Of a stretch of 64,000 bases of DNA, positions 56,111-64,000 are shown in pieces. This stretch comes from a virus. Lineage: Duplodnaviria > Heunggongvirae > Uroviricota > Caudoviricetes. The notes beneath the pieces were generated by a model. It searched no databases and was not told the origin of the DNA. It worked only from the letters and a program-made list of their open reading frames with translations. The number at the start of each line of letters is the position of its first letter. The stretch's first letter is position 1. A program made the position numbers and the translations under genes. The stretch lies in the IMG/VR virus record IMGVR_UViG_3300042349_000626; one strand, given 5' to 3'.

Positions 56111-59100
56111 TACCCGAGAAGGCGATAAAACCAATAATAAAAAACGGCAGGGACAATACTGAAATTGCTGTTGGAACTCTTATTGCCTATGGTGTTTTTC
56201 CTCACACAACTGAGGGCATAGAAAAAGCTAAGAAGCTAATTGAGGAATCTGAAAATTGGTTGGTGCCATCACAACTACCAGATTATTATGATGGTATTGA
56301 TAGTGATTTAATTGTTGGTAGAGAGACTCCAGGTATTTTATCAATAAGAAGAAAATTAAAAGAGTTTTATAAAATCTCTGCTGGCACAGAAGAATTTATA
56401 GATACAACTGTATACACTCCAGCAGATAAATTTGTTGATGATGGTAAAGAATTTGCTGTAAAAATAGAAACTGATCTTGAAGATGCTTTAGAAAAAACAT
56501 CTGACGAGATCATGGATTCTATTGATGAGATTCTTAGACAAGATCAGGAAAAGTTTGAAGAGTTTAAAAGAAAACAAGAAGAAGAATTAAAGAAAAAAAT
56601 TGAGAAACTTAATACACCAGAAAGAGTTTCTCAAGAACTTACAATAAAAATTCCTCCAGCTCATTATATACAGGGAACTGCTGGTAGATGGCAACCAGAA
56701 TTTGAAAATGATATTGATCATGCCGTATACTTTGCTGGCAAATCTTCATTACCGAAAGGAGCAAAGCAAAGAGAAGTTCTTGATTGGTTAAAAAGTTTAG
56801 GCTTAACGTTTGAACAAATACATAACCACCGTGAGAAAGTATTAGATCAAATTCGAGAAACTATTTCTCTTCCTGGTGTGGAAGAAGAGTATCCATATGT
56901 TTATATTGATGCTGTCGATCAAGATTTTGTACTGGAAGATGATGAGGAAGACTATGAAGATCTTGAAGAAGATTTTGATGGATTAGATGATCTATTAAAT
57001 GAGGTTAGAAATGAAGAACAAATTTCCGAAAAAGAAGTAGCTGATAATATTGAAGAAGAAATCATCGATGCTGCCGAGGATGAAGAAGATCCTATGGCTG
57101 ATGCTGATGTAGACATACAAGCCATATTGGATGGGGATGAAAACGAAACAAAAAGTATTACTGAAAAATTAACTGACACAATAAACAAACCTAAGAAAGA
57201 ATCTTCTTACGCTAGCAACAAAAAAATTCTGGATTCTATTACCGTAAACTTTGGAAGAATACAAGAAACATTAAACATTGTAAATCGTAATTTAGAAGAA
57301 CAGAATACATTAATAAGAGCAAACATTGATACACAACTTGCTGTCGGTGATTTAATAAGTAATCAGACAGATCTTTTGGCATCTAAATTTGATTTGATAT
57401 TGGAACATTTTGAAAGACAGTTACAACATTCTGAAGAACTTGATGAAGCAGAAAAAAGAAAGGCGAATGAATCTAAATTAGAAGCACAGCGTGATGCTGC
57501 TGGGTCTTCTGACTTTCGAGATCTTACACAAGGTGGTGGTAAATCAAAAAGGCAATCTAAAATTGGATTATATTATAGAAGAAAACTTCTCAGAAAATTA
57601 TACAGAAAAACTCCAAAAAAATTAAGATCCTTAAGGACTAAAGCAAGAAAACTTCAAAGGGTTCCTGACAAATTAAAAACTTCTGCTGCTAATAGAGTTA
57701 CCCAAATGTTGCCTAAGCGAGCAGGTAAAGCTGTTGGTAATTTGAGATCAGTAAAATCTGTTGGAACAAGACTTCCTGGAGTAAGACAAGCATTTGCTGC
57801 TTGGGAATATTCTGATAGAAAGGCTGCCGGACAATCCGATGTTCAAGCGTTGGCTGGTGTTGGTGCTGGCCTAGGTGGGGCTGCCGCTGGGGGTGCTGCT
57901 GGAGCTGCTACAGGGGCAGCGATAGGTGCTGCTTTAGGATTACCTTTCTTTGGTATTGGAGCTGCTCCTGGAGCTGCTATAGGCTCTGCCATTGGTGGAA
58001 TTCTTGGGCTTGTTGGTGGATTTTTTGCTGGAAATGCCGCTTCCGATGCTGCCGATAAGCTTACTGGAGCAGATCAAATTGATAATCAGTATGAAACTGG
58101 TGGATTAACTAAACCAGGAACGGCAATACTTCATGGTACTGAAGCAATTATTAATCGTGATGCTATTGATATGTCACCATTGAATACTCTTGGTGGCATA
58201 ATGATTGCTTCGACCACAGAGTATATTAATTCTGCTGGTGCTGTAGCTGCTCCCATAGCACCTTCATTGAGAGGTGTATCAACACAAATGGCGAGACAAT
58301 ATGATGTTCCTGCTACTTTAGCTCAAACCAATGTTGGTGGTACTTTGCCTAAGATAGATAATGAATTGAAAAAAGTTAGGGAAAAAAGAACAGGTGGTGA
58401 TCAAGAAGAATTCTCTGGTCAAGAAAAACAATTATTAGAAACAACAGATGAAGATAATTTTGCTGAAAAATTATTAAAGATGATAGATCCAGATGAAAAA
58501 TTCCTTAGTATACTAAAGAATATTAATAACAGAAACCCTTTGTTGCCCCCAGAAGATTATGATGGCACAGGAATTGATGGAGATTTGGAAGGAAATATAG
58601 TAAACCCAATGGAAGGTGGGGTTATGGAAGATTATCCTGGTGCTAAGTTTGGTGCTTCTAGAGATGGAGGAAAGAGAAAACATAAAGGTAGGGATCTTGT
58701 TGGTCCTCCTGGAATGAAAGTTGTATCTGCTTTGCCAGGAACTGTCACTGGTATAATTGATGTTGGCAAATTACCTGGAGGTGGGTGGAGCAAAGGAATA
58801 TATGTGAAACATTCTAATGGTATGGAAACCCGCTATCTACACGTACATCCATCTGTAAAAGTTGGCGATCAAGTTAAAGCTGGACAACAAATTGCTAAAA
58901 TTACAGCAATGGATGATATTAGTTCTGTACCACACCTACACTTTGAAGTTATTGTGAATGGGCGACATGTTGATCCAGAACCAATTGTGAGAGGATCTTT
59001 AAAGATGAGTGATATAGCGGCAGGAAAAGTTCCTGGGCTTTCTGTGAAAGCACCTAAAAATCCAGCTGAAATTGAAAACCATAGTGGAACTGAAGTTTCT

Positions 59101-59574
59101 GATAAAACTCCGCCGTCATCTCCACCATCTTCTATGGCAACTCCTCAGCAAGTATCTTCTACTTCTACAATTGCTGAGAAATTAGTAGCACAAACATTAG
59201 AATCCGATGGAAGCATGGATGGCATGGTTGCTGCTACGTATGGAGCAGGAGTTCCTAAAACTCCGAGATGGATGCAAGAAATAGAAAGGCAATATAATGA
59301 AGTTAAAGATAAGCCATTTAGTCCAGGAACACCGAAGCCAGGAAGAGGAATGGGAGATACGTGGCTCCCTAAGGCGTCATTGGATCAAGGTAGTCAAATT
59401 GCTAGTTTATCTAGATACGAACAAGAATCTGAAAGCAATACGGTATTAATTAATAATCAATCTTCGCCAATGCCAGCAATGCCTTCTTCCGGAGGAACAG
59501 AAATTATTCAAATGGGTGGAGTTAGTTCTTCTGAGTTATTAAAAAGTTTGATGTTACAAAGATTAAACGCCTGA
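56107..59574 (+). CDS. Tape-measure / baseplate hub-like protein with an M23 peptidase domain
   Basis: Coiled coils, G/A-rich hydrophobic segment, HKGRD...HVH...HLHFEV. Confidence 0.75.
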   Translation: MIPEKAIKPIIKNGRDNTEIAVGTLIAYGVFPHTTEGIEKAKKLIEESENWLVPSQLPDYYDGIDSDLIVGRETPGILSIRRKLKEFYKISAGTEEFIDTTVYTPADKFVDDGKEFAVKIETDLEDALEKTSDEIMDSIDEILRQDQEKFEEFKRKQEEELKKKIEKLNTPERVSQELTIKIPPAHYIQGTAGRWQPEFENDIDHAVYFAGKSSLPKGAKQREVLDWLKSLGLTFEQIHNHREKVLDQIRETISLPGVEEEYPYVYIDAVDQDFVLEDDEEDYEDLEEDFDGLDDLLNEVRNEEQISEKEVADNIEEEIIDAAEDEEDPMADADVDIQAILDGDENETKSITEKLTDTINKPKKESSYASNKKILDSITVNFGRIQETLNIVNRNLEEQNTLIRANIDTQLAVGDLISNQTDLLASKFDLILEHFERQLQHSEELDEAEKRKANESKLEAQRDAAGSSDFRDLTQGGGKSKRQSKIGLYYRRKLLRKLYRKTPKKLRSLRTKARKLQRVPDKLKTSAANRVTQMLPKRAGKAVGNLRSVKSVGTRLPGVRQAFAAWEYSDRKAAGQSDVQALAGVGAGLGGAAAGGAAGAATGAAIGAALGLPFFGIGAAPGAAIGSAIGGILGLVGGFFAGNAASDAADKLTGADQIDNQYETGGLTKPGTAILHGTEAIINRDAIDMSPLNTLGGIMIASTTEYINSAGAVAAPIAPSLRGVSTQMARQYDVPATLAQTNVGGTLPKIDNELKKVREKRTGGDQEEFSGQEKQLLETTDEDNFAEKLLKMIDPDEKFLSILKNINNRNPLLPPEDYDGTGIDGDLEGNIVNPMEGGVMEDYPGAKFGASRDGGKRKHKGRDLVGPPGMKVVSALPGTVTGIIDVGKLPGGGWSKGIYVKHSNGMETRYLHVHPSVKVGDQVKAGQQIAKITAMDDISSVPHLHFEVIVNGRHVDPEPIVRGSLKMSDIAAGKVPGLSVKAPKNPAEIENHSGTEVSDKTPPSSPPSSMATPQQVSSTSTIAEKLVAQTLESDGSMDGMVAATYGAGVPKTPRWMQEIERQYNEVKDKPFSPGTPKPGRGMGDTWLPKASLDQGSQIASLSRYEQESESNTVLINNQSSPMPAMPSSGGTEIIQMGGVSSSELLKSLMLQRLNA

Positions 59575-59609
59575 TGAGAAATAAATACTGTGATAGGAGA
59601 ATAGTATAA

Positions 59610-62234
59610 ATGTCGGCAGGCACACAGGGTTTTACAGATACTCGAAAAGATACTAATCACATTGGTGCTGTTATTAGTAAGGTGCTTGAGGCAAGAAAAC
59701 TTGCTGAGCAAGAAAGGGAATACGCTGAATCAGTAGCAGAAAAATATCAAACCTCACTAGAAGAATCTGGAATACAACGAGGATATTTTTTCAAGAAAGC
59801 ATTAAGATGGAAGTTTGGCGGGGAATTTAAAGCTAAGAAACAAGCACAGTTACAAACTTGGAAATCTCGTGCTGACTTATTTAAATCTGCTGCCACTGGC
59901 AAATCAGGCAGGAATAAACTAAACAAGTTTGAAAGATCACAAGCGATCTTTGATATGTTTAAATCTGGTGATAAGCCAAAAACATTTAGAGATAAATTTA
60001 AACTATTATACGAAGGATTTGTAGACGATCCGATGACTAGACCACAAAGTCATTGGGTTAAGCCAGGAGCAAGAAAGAAAATACAAAAAGCAACTTCCAG
60101 AAGTAATCGTGTAAGTAAAGAAGATATTTTAAATTCTCTTTCTGCTATTACTGATTCAATTGAGAGAGTTGCTGAATCTATATCAGAAAAAAATAAAGTA
60201 ATTGCTGATCAGATGGTTCATTCATCTGTCTTACAAGGCATGATGCACCAGCAGCTTAAGACAAGTAATGATTCTTTAGAAGATAAATTACAAAAAATTG
60301 TTGATGTTTTATCTAATCAAACTCAATACCAAAAACAATCTGTAGATAAAATTGAAGCAAAATCTGCTGAAAATAAATTAGAAAGACAAAAAGATGCTGC
60401 TAGTATAGTTAATTTTGATGACCTCACTACTAAAGAAGATGAGAGTAAAATAGCAGCAACTTCTGCTCAGGACATGGAGTTCCAGCAAATGTCTGCTTAC
60501 GAGCAGAATGACATACCACAAGCAGAAACTGGCGGTATTATTTCTGGTCCTGACAGTGGGTATCTTGCCAAACTTCATGGCAACGAAATGGTCATTCCAT
60601 TAGATAATAATTATACACAAGGAGAACCTAGTGCTATTGATGGGAAGGTTAGACCTAAACCACAACAGCCTATTGCCACTCCAAAAAGTATTGAATCAAT
60701 GCCCAAGTATGAAATGGGCACCAGTAAAATTGTTAATAATTATCCTAAGTATGAAATGGGGAATAGCACAGTAAATTCTGCTCCCATAACGTCTAAGTTT
60801 GGATTTAATACTACTCAAAACATTGTTGGTAATGCTGGAGGAGGAACTACCGAAAGTTCTAAATTAACTCAATCAATGGTTGATGTGATGTCGTTACCAA
60901 TGATGGCTGCTGGAGGTACATTACTTTCGGCAACTACAAAGTATATGCAAAGTTTGGGTGGGGAAGGAGCAAATATAAACCCCGAAATAGAAAGAGTATC
61001 GAGACCTATTGCCAACGTATTTGGATTGCCTCCAACAATAGTAAGTGCTGCTAAGGGAAGCACTTCAAGAAGAGCTGTTGGGGAGGAAGAACAAAAAGAA
61101 GACGGCGAATCCAAGAAAGATTTATTTGCTAAACTCACTGATGGGTTTGGTAAGTTACTTGAAAAACTTGGTAATAGTATTAATAATAGACCAACAGATA
61201 CTACTACAGATGATGACACAACAGGAAACGGTCCAGGTGGAAGTGGTCAAGATTTTGCCACATTAGCAACTATTGCTGCTCTAGAATCTGGGTCTGCTCA
61301 AGGACAAGCTGATGTTGCTCAATCTGTATATAATAGATTGGGAGATACTGGTCAAATGTATGGGAAATCTATTACAGAAATTTTAACTAGAGATAATCAA
61401 TATCAAGTAGCTTTTAAAGATCCGAATGCTAGTAGTGGCGAGGGAGCAAAAGTGGCAGATGTATTTAAGAATATTAAAAACGAGGATGATGCTGCAAAAG
61501 CAATCATGTATTATTATTCTAAACGAGGTAGACCAGTAACTGAAGAACAGGCAAGACAAATGTATCGCTCATCTGCTAAAGCAATTTCTGATGCTAAATT
61601 GAGAGAAAATGCTGCTAGACATGTTGGCGGCAGAACTGAATTTTTGGGTAGAGGATTAGGGGGAGCTGGATCTGTTTCTAGAGGCGGTGGATCAGATAAT
61701 GATTTTTTTGCTGCTTATGGATCTAGAACACAGATGGCTAGAGGAGCACAAGCAGCGCCATCTGGATTATTTAATGCTCCCTCACCTTCTCAATCAGCAC
61801 CTCCAACACCAGCACAACTTGGTCAAGCAATAACGAGTAATTATGGTCTTAAAGTTGGTCAAGAAAGACAATTCACCCACCCAGAATATGGAACAATAAA
61901 AGCACATAAAACAGCAACTGGATTTGATTTTTATGATGGTCCTACAAAACTAGATATGTCTAAACCACAAGGTAAAGCAATTGTGGAATATTTTAAATCT
62001 ACTAACGGTGGGCAACAAATATCTCCACCACAAGCAGGACAACAGATATCTTCTCTTTCAACTTCATCTTCAAAATCTTCTGGTGGAGGAATAACTGTAT
62101 TAAATACAGGTGGTGGGCAACAAATTGCTTCTGCTGGTTCGAGTCCTCAACCATCTGCTGATGGTGGGGTAGAATCTGGTAGAAATCCTACTCAAGATTT
62201 CTTTAGTAATTCATTCTCGTTAGGTGTAGGATAA
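59610..62234 (+). CDS. Second tape-measure / hub-like protein with a SleB/CwlJ-like hydrolase domain
   Basis: TIAALESG...DVAQSVYNR...EILTRDNQYQ; ETGG...LHGNE module shared with the upstream gene. Confidence 0.7.
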   Translation: MSAGTQGFTDTRKDTNHIGAVISKVLEARKLAEQEREYAESVAEKYQTSLEESGIQRGYFFKKALRWKFGGEFKAKKQAQLQTWKSRADLFKSAATGKSGRNKLNKFERSQAIFDMFKSGDKPKTFRDKFKLLYEGFVDDPMTRPQSHWVKPGARKKIQKATSRSNRVSKEDILNSLSAITDSIERVAESISEKNKVIADQMVHSSVLQGMMHQQLKTSNDSLEDKLQKIVDVLSNQTQYQKQSVDKIEAKSAENKLERQKDAASIVNFDDLTTKEDESKIAATSAQDMEFQQMSAYEQNDIPQAETGGIISGPDSGYLAKLHGNEMVIPLDNNYTQGEPSAIDGKVRPKPQQPIATPKSIESMPKYEMGTSKIVNNYPKYEMGNSTVNSAPITSKFGFNTTQNIVGNAGGGTTESSKLTQSMVDVMSLPMMAAGGTLLSATTKYMQSLGGEGANINPEIERVSRPIANVFGLPPTIVSAAKGSTSRRAVGEEEQKEDGESKKDLFAKLTDGFGKLLEKLGNSINNRPTDTTTDDDTTGNGPGGSGQDFATLATIAALESGSAQGQADVAQSVYNRLGDTGQMYGKSITEILTRDNQYQVAFKDPNASSGEGAKVADVFKNIKNEDDAAKAIMYYYSKRGRPVTEEQARQMYRSSAKAISDAKLRENAARHVGGRTEFLGRGLGGAGSVSRGGGSDNDFFAAYGSRTQMARGAQAAPSGLFNAPSPSQSAPPTPAQLGQAITSNYGLKVGQERQFTHPEYGTIKAHKTATGFDFYDGPTKLDMSKPQGKAIVEYFKSTNGGQQISPPQAGQQISSLSTSSSKSSGGGITVLNTGGGQQIASAGSSPQPSADGGVESGRNPTQDFFSNSFSLGVG

Positions 62235-63646
62235 TGTCAGATAATTTAAAACCTTATGCTTCTAGTTTTCAATTAAAAAGTGTTGTTATATACCGAGTAA
62301 AATCAAGTGAGTCATATGATATTACTGATTTAGTTCAGCGTTTTGATTACTTCGAAAGCATTACATCTCCTGTCATATCTGGCACGTTAGTTATGGTAGA
62401 TTCGGGATCTAATTTAATATCATCACTACCTATCCAGGGAACTGAGCGTGTTGTAATTAATCTGATTGCTCCAAACAATGAACAGCATGAGTATGACTTG
62501 AGAGTTTATAAAATTGGTAGTAGATTTGGAGCAGAAAGATTCCAAACGTATACCTTAGGTTTGATTTCTCAAGAAGGACTTCTCAACGAAGGGATCCGAG
62601 TTACGAAAACCTTGAGTGGCAAATCTAATAAAATTGTGAGTGACTTGCTAAAAGATTATTTAAAAACAGATAAAGATTTGGAAGTGGAAACTACTAAATT
62701 TAATATCATTTTTAATGCCGGAAAAAAATCTCCGTTTGCTATCATCAATAGTATTCAATCAAAATCTGTTTCCGATTCTAGTACATCTAAAGTAACAGAA
62801 AGTAAAAAATCTTCTAAGTCATCTCCTTCTGATAATAAAACTGTATCTTCTTTAAAACCAGTTGATAGTTCTGACTACGGCAGTGTAACTGGTAGTGCTG
62901 GTTATTTTTTCTTTGAAAACAAGGATGGGTATGTGTTTAAATCAATTGATACTCTATGTTCTGGTGTTAATTCTGCTGGAACTTATTTTCAAGAACCAAT
63001 TGATGTAAACTCTCCTCCAGATAAAAAGATATTATCAATTGATTTTTTAAATGAGATTGATATTCTAACTAAATTAAGAACAGGAGCATTCTCTTCAGTA
63101 ATTTGTTACTACAACTTCAGCACTGGAGCATATGAAGAGTATACTTATTCACTAGACAAAGCTTACGATAGTATGAAACATATGGGATCCCAAAAAGGAT
63201 TGCCTTATGGTCAAAAAGAATTATCTAAGTATCCTACTCGTGTTATGAGTATGATATTAGATCACGAAACATGGTTTGATGGTGAAGAAGCTGCTTCCCC
63301 AGAAAAAAGAGATGGTGAAAATGGAGCAACTCAATTTCCTGATTATCAAAAATTTTACATGGCACAATCTATATCAAGATTGAATTCATTAACAAATCAA
63401 AAAGTAAAAATAAAACTTAACGGATCACCAGCAATTAAAGTTGGAGATGTAATTGACATCATGATTCCTAATCAGGTAACACAGCAACAAAAGATAGTTG
63501 AAAAATATGATCCAGAACATAGCGGAACGTATTTAATTTCTGAGGTTAATCATGTATTTAATCCTAAGCAGAGAAGATGCTATACGTTCTTAACTTTAAT
63601 TAGAGATTCATATGGCATGAAAGATTATGCCTCCAAAACACAATAA
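62234..63646 (+). CDS. Baseplate hub protein (gp27-like position)
   Basis: YFESITSPVISG, YFFFENKDGYVFKSID, HSGTYLISEVNH; directly before gp5. Confidence 0.6.
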   Translation: MSDNLKPYASSFQLKSVVIYRVKSSESYDITDLVQRFDYFESITSPVISGTLVMVDSGSNLISSLPIQGTERVVINLIAPNNEQHEYDLRVYKIGSRFGAERFQTYTLGLISQEGLLNEGIRVTKTLSGKSNKIVSDLLKDYLKTDKDLEVETTKFNIIFNAGKKSPFAIINSIQSKSVSDSSTSKVTESKKSSKSSPSDNKTVSSLKPVDSSDYGSVTGSAGYFFFENKDGYVFKSIDTLCSGVNSAGTYFQEPIDVNSPPDKKILSIDFLNEIDILTKLRTGAFSSVICYYNFSTGAYEEYTYSLDKAYDSMKHMGSQKGLPYGQKELSKYPTRVMSMILDHETWFDGEEAASPEKRDGENGATQFPDYQKFYMAQSISRLNSLTNQKVKIKLNGSPAIKVGDVIDIMIPNQVTQQQKIVEKYDPEHSGTYLISEVNHVFNPKQRRCYTFLTLIRDSYGMKDYASKTQ

Positions 63647-63669
63647 ATAGTATATAAATTCAGTGTGAT

Positions 63670-64000
63670 ATGGATCCCGTATTATCCTCGCTATTTCCAG
63701 TAAATCAGATAGGATCGGATGGATTCAACTGGTGGATTGGTCAGGTTGAATCAAATAAGCATGATGATCCTAAAAATTCTGGTAGGTATCGTGTAAGAAT
63801 TGTTGGTCAGCATCTAAAAGATTGTGATGCTACACCAACAACCGAATTGCCTTGGGCAAACGTAATGATGCCAGTCACCGCTCCCTTTACTGACGGTGGT
63901 GTTACTGGTGCTTCGGTTGATTTGAGACAAGGTAACTGGGTGATTGGCTTTTACATGGATGCTGATAAGCAGAAGCCAATTATCATGGGATCTATTGGTC
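63670..64000 (+). CDS. gp5: Baseplate hub / tail spike gp5, N-terminal OB fold (3' truncated)
   Basis: WWIGQVE...RYRVRIVG...LPWA...GNWVIGFYMD. Confidence 0.88.
   Translation, partial: MDPVLSSLFPVNQIGSDGFNWWIGQVESNKHDDPKNSGRYRVRIVGQHLKDCDATPTTELPWANVMMPVTAPFTDGGVTGASVDLRQGNWVIGFYMDADKQKPIIMGSIG

Overview
A 64 kb AT-rich segment of a T4-like cyanomyovirus (cyanophage) genome in the standard genetic code. All assignments come from motif recognition and synteny, not database searches. Gene order: gp55 end, gp47/gp46, peptidase-vWA plus CobS-like AAA, gp45/44/62, regA, hsp20, gp43, uvsX, gp41, mazG, late small and structural genes, gp61, nrdAB, a lysis region, five tRNAs, an SLH porin-like gene, two hli genes, petF, an inverted tail-fibre cassette, psbA, talC, gnd, rnh, speD, thyX, phoH, gp33, gp32, and baseplate genes (gp53, gp48, gp2, gp4, gp54-like, gp26, two tape-measure-like proteins, a hub protein, gp5 start). 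The three strongest findings are missed by the ORF track. (1) An apparent -1 programmed frameshift (A AAA AAG, stop, hairpin) fuses a C39-like peptidase to a GH24 lysozyme whose catalytic residues have no in-frame ATG/GTG/TTG start. (2) A second -1 signal (T TTT TTC, 7 nt, 10-bp hairpin) fuses gp26 to an ATG-less gp51-like C-terminus just before the tape-measure gene, like lambda G/GT. (3) A perfect NtcA box, a glutamine (glnA-type) riboswitch and a DUF4278/IF17-like ORF together resemble the host gifB nitrogen-control circuit.
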